Source: Candidatus Pacearchaeota archaeon (GTDB taxonomy: Archaea; Nanobdellota; Nanobdellia; Pacearchaeales; GW2011-AR1). From it: DNA of 64,000 nt. The stretch spans positions 121,879-185,878 of the forward strand of contig JAWCQE010000001.1 of the NCBI GenBank assembly GCA_038869895.1. Direction: 5' to 3'. The position numbers and the translations under genes were made by a program. The notes beneath the pieces were generated by a model. That model made no database searches. It saw only the letters and a program-made list of their open reading frames with translations, and had not been told where the DNA came from. Of this stretch, positions 1 to 9,332 are shown piece after piece (within the stretch, counting starts at the first letter, position 1; each line of letters begins with the position of its first letter).

Positions 1-330
1 CGAAGGGTTCTTTGGCAATTGAGTAATGGCATGAGAGCTGGAAGTGATATTAGTGTTGTTGTAAAAGAAGAGATAAAAAATCTTGGAGAGGAACAGGCAA
101 TACAGATACAAAGTTATGGAGGTAAATTAAATCCTTTGGTTATGTTTTTTATGATTATCGCAGTAATTCTTCCGACTCTGGGAACAACATTCTTAATAAT
201 AATTGCTTCAATTATTGGCATTTCCGGAAATATGGTGAAATTAATGTTTATATCAATATTCATTTTTATATTGTTTGTCCAAATAATGTTTCTTGGACTA
301 ATTAAATCTAGGAGGCCAAGCTTAATATGA
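1..330 (+). CDS. T2SS-F domain (TadB/TadC/FlaJ-like) pilus platform membrane protein, C-terminal fragment; the 5' end lies outside the window
   Basis: Frame 1 is open from nt 1 (RRVLWQLSNGMRAGSD...), so the Met at 19 is internal. A soluble loop is followed by two hydrophobic helices, as at the end of a T2SS-F repeat. The stop overlaps the next start (ATGA at 327-330). Confidence 0.55.
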   Translation, partial: RRVLWQLSNGMRAGSDISVVVKEEIKNLGEEQAIQIQSYGGKLNPLVMFFMIIAVILPTLGTTFLIIIASIIGISGNMVKLMFISIFIFILFVQIMFLGLIKSRRPSLI

Positions 331-1289
331 ATACTTTGAGATTTTATCCGGAATCTGTAAGGATAATTTACGAGAAAAATATAAAAAATTCTGGAATTAA
401 AATTTCTCCTGAAAAATTCCACAATAGGGTAATTTTAATTTCATTTTTAGCTATGGTTATTGCATCAACAATATTTTATTTTTTTAACATTAATATGTTT
501 TATTCAGTCATTATTTTTATATTACTAAATATTTTTTTCTATTTTAACATAAGTTTAAGAGCAAGCACAAGAATAAGGAAGATGGAGGAAGTTTTTCCTG
601 ACGTAATTTCTTTAACTGCAAGCAATTTGAGATCTGGGATTACTATTGATAGAGCATTTTTACTTTCCTCAAGGCCGGAATTTTCTCCTTTAGATGAAGA
701 GATTCTTAAAACTGGAAAAGATATAGCAACAGGAAAAGACATTTCATATTCTCTAAAAAAAATGAGTGAAAGAATAAATTCAGAAAAAATATCAAAAGTG
801 GTTACATTAATAACTTCTGGATTAAAATCTGGAGGGAATATTGCAGATTTGCTTGAACAGACTTCAAGTAATATGAAAGAAAAAGAATTTATAGAAAAAA
901 GAGTTGCCTCAAATATTTTAATGTACGTCATATTCATATTTTTTGCCATTGGTATTGGGGCACCAGTATTATTTGCGCTTAGTTCTGTCCTCGTTGATGT
1001 AATGCTTAATATAACTTCCAAAATTCCCGAGATACCATCCTCTCAACTTCAATTGCCTTTAACATTTAAACAAATTCCAGTTTCGCCAAATTTTGTTATG
1101 TATTTTGGTATACTTTTTATGTTAGTTACTGATTTAATATCAAGTCTTGTGATAGGATTTGTAAATAAAGGAGATGGAAAATCAGGACTTAAGTATTTTA
1201 TTCCACTTGTAACTTTTTCTTTATTAGTTTACTTTTTTGTTAAAAAAATAATCTCGAAATTTGTTATAGATTCTATCTCGGGAATCTAG
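327..1289 (+). CDS. T2SS-F domain (TadC/FlaJ-like) polytopic pilus platform membrane protein
   Basis: There are N-terminal TM helices. The cytoplasmic helical domain reads EEVFPDVISLTASNLRSGITIDRAF...ITSGLKSGGNIADLLEQTS, the typical GspF/T2SS-F signature, and is followed by C-terminal TM helices. The gene is translationally coupled to the upstream fragment. Confidence 0.65.
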   Translation: MNTLRFYPESVRIIYEKNIKNSGIKISPEKFHNRVILISFLAMVIASTIFYFFNINMFYSVIIFILLNIFFYFNISLRASTRIRKMEEVFPDVISLTASNLRSGITIDRAFLLSSRPEFSPLDEEILKTGKDIATGKDISYSLKKMSERINSEKISKVVTLITSGLKSGGNIADLLEQTSSNMKEKEFIEKRVASNILMYVIFIFFAIGIGAPVLFALSSVLVDVMLNITSKIPEIPSSQLQLPLTFKQIPVSPNFVMYFGILFMLVTDLISSLVIGFVNKGDGKSGLKYFIPLVTFSLLVYFFVKKIISKFVIDSISGI

Positions 1290-1341
1290 CTTTGTTTAAA
1301 AGGAGAGATATGTTTAAAAATGACTTTTATTTTAAATTAAT

Positions 1342-2127
1342 ATGAAATTAAGAAAAAAGAGAAGTAATTCTAAGGTAAAAATTGGTAAGAAATTAAATAA
1401 AAAAAAGCAAAGTGAAAAAAATAAAAAAATAGATGAAAAATTAAAGAGAGTGTCAAGTGGGATTAAAAAATTTGACAAAATGACTTCTGGAGGTTTTGAA
1501 GAGAATTCAACGAATCTTGTTATTGGAGGAGATGGAAGCGGGAAAACCATCTTTGCCATGAGTTTTTTAATAGAAGGGATAAAAAGAGGAGAAAATGTCC
1601 TATATATAAATTTTGAGGAATCAAAGGAAAATTTTTTTAGAAATATGTTAGGACTTGGATGGGATTTAAGCAAGTTTGAAAGTTCTGGGAGATTCACTTT
1701 TCTTGAATATTCTCCTGAAAAAATAAAAATGATGATTGATGAAGGTGGAGGGGTTGTTGAGGAGATAATATTAAAAAATAAAATAAAAAGACTCGTAATT
1801 GATAGCTTGACAAGTTTTTTGATTTTATTTCCTTCAAAGCAACTTAAAAGACAAGCTATTTCATCTTTGTTTAATCTTATAGAAAAATGGGATTGTACAA
1901 GCATTTTGACTTTGCAGGAATTTTCAGAAGAAATTAAGAACAAAAGAGATTCTGAAGCAGAAAGCCAGGCAGATAGTATAATTCTTCTCTATCTTATAAA
2001 GGTAAAAAATGAAAGAAAAAGATTTATTGAAGTCTTAAAGATGAGGGGAACAAGACATTCAACAGGAACTTATGAATTCAAAATTAAAAAAGGAATTGAA
2101 ATAGGAAATAAGAAAATAATAAAATAA
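1342..2127 (+). CDS. KaiC/RecA-superfamily single-domain ATPase (FlaH-like)
   Basis: It has a Walker A motif GGDGSGKT, then ...YINFEES..., a Walker-B-like RLVIDSL and ...LKMRGT.H.. near the C-terminus, which is the KaiC/RadA-like pattern. It also has a Lys-rich N-terminal extension. Confidence 0.65.
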   Translation: MKLRKKRSNSKVKIGKKLNKKKQSEKNKKIDEKLKRVSSGIKKFDKMTSGGFEENSTNLVIGGDGSGKTIFAMSFLIEGIKRGENVLYINFEESKENFFRNMLGLGWDLSKFESSGRFTFLEYSPEKIKMMIDEGGGVVEEIILKNKIKRLVIDSLTSFLILFPSKQLKRQAISSLFNLIEKWDCTSILTLQEFSEEIKNKRDSEAESQADSIILLYLIKVKNERKRFIEVLKMRGTRHSTGTYEFKIKKGIEIGNKKIIK

Positions 2128-2137
2128 TTAAACGTAA

Positions 2138-2569
2138 TTAAACTGCATCAACTAGGTTTCCAGTCGATGTTAAATTAAGGGCACTTCCTTGCTTTTTGTA
2201 TGTTATCTTTATGTCTCCTTGGAATTTTTGTCCTGCAGTTAGCGTGCATGGAACAGTAAATGTTGTTAAATTTCCATTATTTATGTCTTGTGGAAGAGTT
2301 GGACTTACAGTTCCTGTACATCCTGCAACAGTTATATCTGTTATAGACAATTGTTCTCCAGCTCCATGTATTAATTCTAATTGTATACCAGACGTTTCGG
2401 CAACCCCATTACATGAAAAAGGGGGGCTAAGACTACATCTATTTGGTACATAAGTTTTTGGATTGAAAACTCCAAAAAATGCAAGAGCTGCAATGACTAT
2501 AACTGCTGCTAAAATAGCCCAGCCATACGTCATCAAAAATTCCATCGCGGCCTGTCCTCTTTTTTTCAT
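2138..2569 (-). CDS. Archaeal type IV pilin-like protein (class III signal peptide)
   Basis: The N-terminus MKKRGQAAMEFLMTYGWAILAAVIVIAALAFFGVF has a basic stretch, an RG|Q processing context and about 20 hydrophobic residues. The rest is a small Thr/Gly/Cys-containing domain. Confidence 0.75.
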   Translation of the reverse strand: MKKRGQAAMEFLMTYGWAILAAVIVIAALAFFGVFNPKTYVPNRCSLSPPFSCNGVAETSGIQLELIHGAGEQLSITDITVAGCTGTVSPTLPQDINNGNLTTFTVPCTLTAGQKFQGDIKITYKKQGSALNLTSTGNLVDAV

Positions 2570-2826
2570 AAGTAACCTCCTTTGTATTAAGATAATAAAA
2601 TTATGTTAAATTCGTTTATAAACATTTCTGTTAGTTGACTCTTTTATTATTAGTTAGTAGAAGATAATAAAGAGAGAAACCTTTGTCTTTTTTATAAAAG
2701 TTAATAGTGTAAAAACTGCTAATTTTTTGAATTTTACTTTTTCAAATCTTTATTAATACTTTTATTCTTTCAAATTAATCTTTGATAGATTTTTTTAATT
2801 GACAATATCCTTTTGAAATTATTGTT

Positions 2827-3744
2827 TTAAGAGGCTGTTGCGTTGTAAATTTCTAAATGTCCTGAATCGAGCTTAAACCATGATGGCATTCCTTGTATTT
2901 GATGTGGTTGTGGATTGAGTGATGAAAAGTATATATAGTCGACGATAGATTTTTGCTTTACTTGAATCCCTTGATTTTCTAATTTTGGTAAATATACAAG
3001 AGATTCAATCCCATATTGGTTTGGAGTAATTTTTCCTTCTATTCTGTCAAGAAAACTCGGAGATAAATTCGAGGAGATATAATATGAATTTTTAGTATGT
3101 TCAATAAGTACCGAGGTATTGTTGCTTGGAAAGGCATCGTATATTGTTTTATTTATTTTATTTGAAATCTTTCCATTAGTATTTATAAAATATATTGGAT
3201 CTTCAAATCCTTCAATTGGGATTGTTGCAGTTATATTTTGGATTTTATTCCATCTTGCAAGATTAGATTTATCCTCCATAATAAAATTTGAAATGAAGGT
3301 GATTTTGACATTCCAAGGGTCACTTTGGTATACATAAATTGAAGAATTTGACATGTTAATTATAACATTAATTTTTCCAGCCTTCTCATTTATTGAGTCA
3401 ATTAAATCTCTATATCTTGCCCCAAGTAAGATGTCATTCTCTTCACCATTAACCGTTCCATTAAAAAAAGATTCATTAAAAAAATAATTTATGTCATTGA
3501 TGTAATTGCCAGATTTTATTATCTCATCTTCAGCAATGAAAATTATTCTAAATCCAGAAATAAAAATCTGTCTTTCAAGATTTAATTCAATAGAATTAAG
3601 AAAATTTTCCATTGTTGAGATTCTTGTCGCAGTTGAGTACCTTTGTTGAGATATTGAAAATACTTCAAATGTAATAAAAATAAGTATAATTAAAAATATT
3701 GCTATTAAAGTCATTACTTGTGCTTTTTTATTTTTTATTTTCAT
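2827..3744 (-). CDS. Prepilin-like (class III signal peptide) minor pilin candidate
   Basis: The N-terminus MKIKNKKAQVMTLIAIFLIILIFITFEVF has a KKA|Q context plus a hydrophobic helix. It is the last gene of a same-strand run of pilin-like genes. Confidence 0.5.
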   Translation of the reverse strand: MKIKNKKAQVMTLIAIFLIILIFITFEVFSISQQRYSTATRISTMENFLNSIELNLERQIFISGFRIIFIAEDEIIKSGNYINDINYFFNESFFNGTVNGEENDILLGARYRDLIDSINEKAGKINVIINMSNSSIYVYQSDPWNVKITFISNFIMEDKSNLARWNKIQNITATIPIEGFEDPIYFINTNGKISNKINKTIYDAFPSNNTSVLIEHTKNSYYISSNLSPSFLDRIEGKITPNQYGIESLVYLPKLENQGIQVKQKSIVDYIYFSSLNPQPHQIQGMPSWFKLDSGHLEIYNATAS

Positions 3745-3745
3745 T

Positions 3746-6208
3746 TTATCTCCAAACTCTTACTTGTACTTCTGTATCCCATGTGAAAGGTATGCCTTGT
3801 ATTTCCGAAGTGGTTAATGAAATGTCATTCTCTGTAAATTTAGTTTCAATTTTATTGTTTGAATTTAAATCAAGGTTTGTTAGAAGTCTATAAATTGCGA
3901 GATTTATTGCATCATTATTATTATATGCTATTGAATGAGAAGTATAGGAGCATTCATTTTGGCCAGAGTAGTTTGACGGAACTAATATTGTTGAATTCTC
4001 TCCATTTTCAAATTCAATATTCCATGCACATCCTTCGGCACTTGCTACTATTGGGGAGAATGATAACATTTTTTTGACTACTCTGTAAATTATTTTATTG
4101 TGTTCAGAACCCCCTGTTGAATTGTTTGGATTTAGCGCTGTTGATATTCTTATTTTATTTTCTCCGCTTAATATTTTTTCTGAAGGAATATTGACTGCAA
4201 ATGGATCTCCTAAAAATATATATGGAAGATTAAATTTTGACAAGTCGAAAATTTCTTCCCAGATACTTAAATTATAATTGTAAATTTGGACTTTATCTGT
4301 CCATTTTGAGCCAGAATATGAGATTGCAATAATTTCATATGGAGTTACATCTTCTGGAATAAATAATTCTCCTTCTGAAATTGTATTCCCGAACTCTTCA
4401 GTTTCGGCACTTATTATTAATCCATAAGGTGTTGAATCGCTATAATTTAGTTTAATGTATGAATCTGGATAGAGTGTTGATTTTATATTTTCAGAAATAA
4501 TTGTCTGCTCAAAATAAAGTGAATTTAGGATATCTTCCGCTATTTCAGAATATACAGATATTAATTCTTCAATATTTGAATGATAATAATTACCATTCCC
4601 ACATGATGCCATTGATTGAAGTGTTGTTTCATCCGCATTATCTCCAAAACCAACTGTATGTATTGTAATATTATGGTTATTGTATGCTTCACAAGCTGCT
4701 CTTATTGCATCTGCTGTAGCGCTGTTACTTCCAGGATAACATGTTCCTTGCATATTTCCGTCAGTCATTACAATCATAAATTTTTTTCTTGATTGCATTG
4801 ACTGAGCGACGAAACTTCCTGTGGCATTTATTACCCCACAACATACACAATTTCCAGCTTTTGTAGTCCATGAATTTATTGTATTATTTAATGAAATTAT
4901 GTTATTTGAAAGAGGATGATAATTGTTTGGATTTACTCCGCTGTTGTATCCAACTAAACCAACTCTATTTAAATCTAATTCTAAAACTATCTCTATAAGT
5001 CTTCTATTGGCATTTCTTGCTAAATCTATCATTTTTATTCCAAGAGAAGGAATATTACTATTCATGCTTGAGGATAAATCAGTCACTGAAAAAATATCCG
5101 CCCCTATATTTTGAGTTATTTGATAAGAAACATTTTCAAGTCCGAGCCTCAAAGGGATTGTTTTTCTGCTTAATTTTGAATAATCAAACATTTGTGTTAA
5201 ATTTGAATTTGGTATGATAATCTCAAAATCCCTCCCTCCGCTATTTCCATTATAAATTGTTATATTTCCAATTGTCATAAAAATATTTTGTGAACTATTG
5301 TAATGCAGAAAAATTTCCATTGATGTAAGATTTCCTAAAATGTAAAAGCTATCATAAATATTAATTAGTCCATCTATTCCCGGTAAATTTTTTTTTGATT
5401 CAAGTGTAGTAAGTTCTTCTTCATTATAAATTATCTTAACAAATCCCCCTCCGATGAATAAATTTCCGTTTTTCCCAACAAAAGTTAATTTATTTTTTTC
5501 GTTGTTAACTTGTGATAGATTTCCGAGTATGACGAATTTGTAAATTTCATTTGATTGAATATCGTGTTCTCCTACAAACTGGTTATTTATATATAAATAA
5601 AAGTCTTCAGAGAATATAGCTTCAACATATATACTCTCTATTTTACCATCACTTTCGAGAGTTATATTGCCATCACCAACATAACCCCCAAAATAAATAT
5701 ATTTTACTTTACTTGAAGATGATAAAAAGGCTCTTGAAGAATATCCTTTAACAGATTCTCCTTGTTTTATCCCAGATATTATTTGACGAGATGTCCAAAC
5801 ATCTTCTGCTTCTGATATTTCTTTTGATGAATTTTCTGCAATTAAAACATTACTAAAATAAATGGCTATATTATCATTTAAATTTATTTCATTTAAAATC
5901 TCTTGAGTCATAAGTGTTGCTTCAGGTTTTGACAACGCATAAAATTCTCCAATTTGTTCGAGAACTGATTGATTCAAATCTTTTATTTTTCCTTCAGAGA
6001 TTAATTGATTCACATAATCATTATCAATTTTTCCTATTTCAAGAGATGAAAGAGAATTTAATAAATCTTGTTGGACATATTTTTGTGTTATTTTTTGGTT
6101 GGTAGGAGGAGTTACACTTAGAATCACGATAATTATAATTATTAGGGCTATAAGTGCATCTAAACTAAAATAATATCCTTTCTTCCCATTTATAAGGTTA
6201 AATTTCAT
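3746..6208 (-). CDS. Large prepilin-like protein with von Willebrand factor A (vWA) domain; candidate pilus-associated adhesin
   Basis: The N-terminus KKGYYFSLDALIALIIIIIVILSV is pilin-like. Residues ~370-560 read ...IFSVTDLSSSM...VGLVGYNS...FMIVMTDGN...IHTVGFG, which gives a DxSxS...T...D MIDAS pattern and the alternating beta-strand hydrophobics of a vWA fold. Confidence 0.65.
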   Translation of the reverse strand: MKFNLINGKKGYYFSLDALIALIIIIIVILSVTPPTNQKITQKYVQQDLLNSLSSLEIGKIDNDYVNQLISEGKIKDLNQSVLEQIGEFYALSKPEATLMTQEILNEINLNDNIAIYFSNVLIAENSSKEISEAEDVWTSRQIISGIKQGESVKGYSSRAFLSSSSKVKYIYFGGYVGDGNITLESDGKIESIYVEAIFSEDFYLYINNQFVGEHDIQSNEIYKFVILGNLSQVNNEKNKLTFVGKNGNLFIGGGFVKIIYNEEELTTLESKKNLPGIDGLINIYDSFYILGNLTSMEIFLHYNSSQNIFMTIGNITIYNGNSGGRDFEIIIPNSNLTQMFDYSKLSRKTIPLRLGLENVSYQITQNIGADIFSVTDLSSSMNSNIPSLGIKMIDLARNANRRLIEIVLELDLNRVGLVGYNSGVNPNNYHPLSNNIISLNNTINSWTTKAGNCVCCGVINATGSFVAQSMQSRKKFMIVMTDGNMQGTCYPGSNSATADAIRAACEAYNNHNITIHTVGFGDNADETTLQSMASCGNGNYYHSNIEELISVYSEIAEDILNSLYFEQTIISENIKSTLYPDSYIKLNYSDSTPYGLIISAETEEFGNTISEGELFIPEDVTPYEIIAISYSGSKWTDKVQIYNYNLSIWEEIFDLSKFNLPYIFLGDPFAVNIPSEKILSGENKIRISTALNPNNSTGGSEHNKIIYRVVKKMLSFSPIVASAEGCAWNIEFENGENSTILVPSNYSGQNECSYTSHSIAYNNNDAINLAIYRLLTNLDLNSNNKIETKFTENDISLTTSEIQGIPFTWDTEVQVRVWR

Positions 6209-6672
6209 TTCCAGACATAAAGATTAAATTTAATTAGTTTATTTTTATAGACGCTGATTCTTTCTATTTTTATTAAATTCTCAATTTTGGTTGAATTTAT
6301 TCTTCCAATATATTCTTTTTGAGTTCCATTGATTTCAAGATTGTCTATTGTAAAATAGAAATCGTCTTTGACTCCAAGACGTCTCTTTAGTAATTCATAA
6401 TTTGAATTGTAGAAGTTTTCTAATTTAGTTTGATTTATTATATTATCTGATAGAATTCCGCTTTCATCATTATTTAATATCAATTCTGAAGCAGTTCTTC
6501 CTTGATTAAGTAAGTCGTCAAGTTGATTCCCTGCTTGATTTGCATAGTTGATTGTAAATATAAAAAGCATGATTATGCCAGATGTAAATATAATCATTGC
6601 AATAATTATATCCAGACTCCATGCCTGTGCTTTCTTTTTATTTCCTTTATTGATTAAGATAAACTTCACCAT
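6205..6672 (-). CDS. Prepilin-like protein
   Basis: The N-terminus ...KGNKKKAQAWSLDIIIAMIIFTSGIIMLFIF has a KKA|Q context plus a hydrophobic helix. It overlaps both neighbouring genes, giving an operon-like arrangement. Confidence 0.5.
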   Translation of the reverse strand: MVKFILINKGNKKKAQAWSLDIIIAMIIFTSGIIMLFIFTINYANQAGNQLDDLLNQGRTASELILNNDESGILSDNIINQTKLENFYNSNYELLKRRLGVKDDFYFTIDNLEINGTQKEYIGRINSTKIENLIKIERISVYKNKLIKFNLYVWK

Positions 6673-7036
6673 TTTCTTTCTTTATAATATTTTCTCCTTT
6701 TAGTATCTCTCCGTTTACAGGAACAATATTATAAAGAACTCCAGTATCTTCAGTATACACATATATGCTGTTGTTTACAATTTTTACTTCATAGTTTTTT
6801 CCAATTATAGTTTGAGGGAGATTAAATTTTCGGGAATAACCATTTGATGATTTTGATGCAAGAGCTATTTCCTCTCTGACATTAAGAGCTATATTTTGGA
6901 CAATTATGTTTTCTTTTTCTTTGTTCTTTTCATTTATATTTCCAGATATCACTCCAAGGAATAAAACAAAGAAGAAAAGTATAGCTCCAAAAATAACAAT
7001 GAATTCTATAATCCCTTGTCCTCTTTTATTTTTCAT
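6647..7036 (-). CDS. Prepilin-like protein (class III signal peptide)
   Basis: The N-terminus MKNKRGQGIIEFIVIFGAILFFFVLFLGV has an RG|Q context. It is the first gene of the minus-strand pilin run. Confidence 0.6.
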   Translation of the reverse strand: MKNKRGQGIIEFIVIFGAILFFFVLFLGVISGNINEKNKEKENIIVQNIALNVREEIALASKSSNGYSRKFNLPQTIIGKNYEVKIVNNSIYVYTEDTGVLYNIVPVNGEILKGENIIKKENGEVYLNQ

Positions 7037-7090
7037 TTAATATATTAAGATAACAGTTGATATGATTATATAAAAATTGCCTTAATAGAA

Positions 7091-8221
7091 TTACTTTAGT
7101 CCAAGATTAGCGAGAAGTTCTTCTTTTGAAAATTTTTCTAAATTTTTGTAATCTTGCCCTGTCCCTAGGAATAAGATTGGTTTTCCAGTTATATACCCTA
7201 TTGAGATTGCAGTTCCCCCTTTTTCATCTATGTCTGCTTTGGTTAAAATAGAACCATTAATTTCAAATAATTCATTGAATGATTTTGCCTGTTCAACAGC
7301 ATCATTACCTGTTATTGACTCAGCTATAAAAAGTTTTATATCAGGTTTGCAGACTCTTATTATCTTCTCCATCTCTTTCATTAGATTACTCTTAGTGTGC
7401 ATTCTTCCTGCAGTATCTATCATAACCACTTTTATCCCGTGTGATTTTGCATAAGAAATTGCGTCAAATGCAACTGCTGCTGGATCAGAACCATACTCAT
7501 GACTTATAACTTTAATCCCGAGGTTGTCACCATGCTTTTTTAGTTGTTCTATTGATGCTGCTCTGAAAGTATCTGAAGCTGCAAACACACACGAGATTTT
7601 GTGTTCATTGAGATAATATGCAAGTTTTGAAATAGTTGTTGTTTTGCCACTTCCGTTTATCCCAAAAAATAAAATAACAAAAGGGCCTTCTTTTTTCTCT
7701 CTTATTTTTTCAATAATATCAAATGGTTCTACAAGAATTCTTTTTATAGATTCTTTCAAAGAATTTTTGATTTCACTTTCAATTTCAGATTTTTTAATTT
7801 CAATATTCACAATATCCTTTTCCATATCTTCTTTTATTTTATCAACAACATTTAATGCTACATTATTCTCCAATAAAAGTGATTCCAATTCTTCAAAGAA
7901 TTCATCAAATATTTCCTTTGTTAAGCGCGATGTTGTAAATCTTCTTTTAATTCTTTCAAAAAATCCTTGTTCTTTTTCTAATTCAGGCTCTCCGATTTTT
8001 TCTTCAACTTGTTCTATTGAGTGTTCAAGTTTAATTGCGTTATCTTCTTTTAGTTTCTCTAAATCCTTTTTTTGTTTTTCAACACCTTCATATTTTTTTT
8101 CAGGTTCCTTTTCAATTTTTTCTTTTTTCTTGTCTTTTTCGTACTCTTCAGATTTTTCATCTTCTTTTTTTCCAAAGAATTTTGAAAGCTTTTCCTTTAA
8201 TGATTTGAACATTTTCTTCAA
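7091..8221 (-). CDS. ftsY: Signal recognition particle receptor FtsY
   Basis: The SRP-GTPase motifs GINGSGKTTT, DTAGR and TKAD.D.KGG are present. An acidic/Lys-rich N-terminal A-domain is also present. Confidence 0.9.
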   Translation of the reverse strand: MKKMFKSLKEKLSKFFGKKEDEKSEEYEKDKKKEKIEKEPEKKYEGVEKQKKDLEKLKEDNAIKLEHSIEQVEEKIGEPELEKEQGFFERIKRRFTTSRLTKEIFDEFFEELESLLLENNVALNVVDKIKEDMEKDIVNIEIKKSEIESEIKNSLKESIKRILVEPFDIIEKIREKKEGPFVILFFGINGSGKTTTISKLAYYLNEHKISCVFAASDTFRAASIEQLKKHGDNLGIKVISHEYGSDPAAVAFDAISYAKSHGIKVVMIDTAGRMHTKSNLMKEMEKIIRVCKPDIKLFIAESITGNDAVEQAKSFNELFEINGSILTKADIDEKGGTAISIGYITGKPILFLGTGQDYKNLEKFSKEELLANLGLK

Positions 8222-8335
8222 TATTGTATCTCCGAAAGATATATATATATTTCCATTGAATTAATATAAACGTTAGTACGAGTATAACCGGAAATATAAT
8301 CAGACAGAGTGATAATCCACAAGGAACTTATCAGA

Positions 8336-8371
8336 TTTATACTAAGTCTGAGGTTTATACTAAGTCTGAGG
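8336..8371. repeat. Perfect 18-nt tandem duplication (tttatactaagtctgagg x2)
   Basis: Read directly from the sequence at 8336-8353 and 8354-8371. In frame 1 it encodes YTKSEV twice, and each unit also contains a TTTATA box-like element. Confidence 0.9.
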
Positions 8372-8466
8372 TAGATACGATTGTTCGGAACACTAAAAAT
8401 AATCTGTCTGCTTTCAACGATAGAATAGATCAAAAGATAAATTCATTAGATTATTATATCAGAGAA

Positions 8467-8757
8467 ATGGATTCCAAAATATATTCATGTGGTGCAAATT
8501 CGCCACAAGACTTTAATTTCAGAAGTGGAGAGAGTGTTTTTACCTCAGATGGAAAAGAAATCTCTGTTATTACTAAATATAATAATGGGACCGTGGTTTT
8601 TAAAGTTTCGGCACAGGATATTAATGAGACAATAGTTTCCATGGAAAAAAAGGGAACTTCTGCTTTAATCGACGGTAGTAAAATACAGCTTCATTCAGTC
8701 CAAACAGTAACCTCTCCTTATCGAATTTCTTATTACGATAAGTCTTGTAACATATAA
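8467..8757 (+). CDS. Hypothetical protein; the frame is open upstream to 8260 without a canonical start
   Basis: This is a 96-aa ORF from the first ATG. The same frame is open for 69 more codons upstream. No family was recognised. Confidence 0.3.
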   Translation: MDSKIYSCGANSPQDFNFRSGESVFTSDGKEISVITKYNNGTVVFKVSAQDINETIVSMEKKGTSALIDGSKIQLHSVQTVTSPYRISYYDKSCNI

Positions 8758-8875
8758 TTTCCCTTTGACTAATCTATTTATTTTTTTCTTCTTTTTCTTT
8801 TTTAAATAAACCTTCCAGTTCTATTTAAATTGCAAACAAATTTAAACCCTAGAACACTTTATTTTAAAAGAGGGA

Positions 8876-9307
8876 ATGAATGATATGGCTCCAAATAATC
8901 CAGTTGATATCTCATATGATTTTGCACTAAAACTTAGAGATTTAGAAGAATCGCAGAAATTATCAAAAGAAAGACTTTTGCTTATAGGACAGAATCTAAT
9001 TGAAGCACAAGAGAAAAATATATCTGACATAACAGAGATTAAGAAGGCTATACAGAGTTTAAATGATGAATTAAAGAGAATAAAAAGTATTGTTTCAAAT
9101 TTGAGCGAGGAGATTTCAAAATCAGCGAGAAAAGAAGAACTTTCTATGGTTATAAAGCAGTGGAAAATGTTTGAACCTTTAGAGTTTGTTAGAATAAAAG
9201 ATTTGGATAGAGAAATAGATAAAAGATTAAAACACCATGGTAAGGAAACTTCGAAAGAAGAAACAAAAGAAAATGAAAAATATAAGTTTTGGTCAGGAAA
9301 ATTATAA
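8876..9307 (+). CDS. Hypothetical coiled-coil protein
   Basis: The sequence has heptad-like charged and Leu/Ile residues throughout. No family was recognised. Confidence 0.4.
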   Translation: MNDMAPNNPVDISYDFALKLRDLEESQKLSKERLLLIGQNLIEAQEKNISDITEIKKAIQSLNDELKRIKSIVSNLSEEISKSARKEELSMVIKQWKMFEPLEFVRIKDLDREIDKRLKHHGKETSKEETKENEKYKFWSGKL

Positions 9308-9332
9308 AATGGAAATTCTTAGGAATTGGTAA

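Noticed and set aside
8336-8371. Possible CRISPR-like or other array, suggested by the direct repeats here and at 12921-12968.
   Set aside because: There are only two immediately adjacent copies with no spacers, the unit lengths (18 and 24 nt) carry no palindromic repeat structure, and no cas genes are present.
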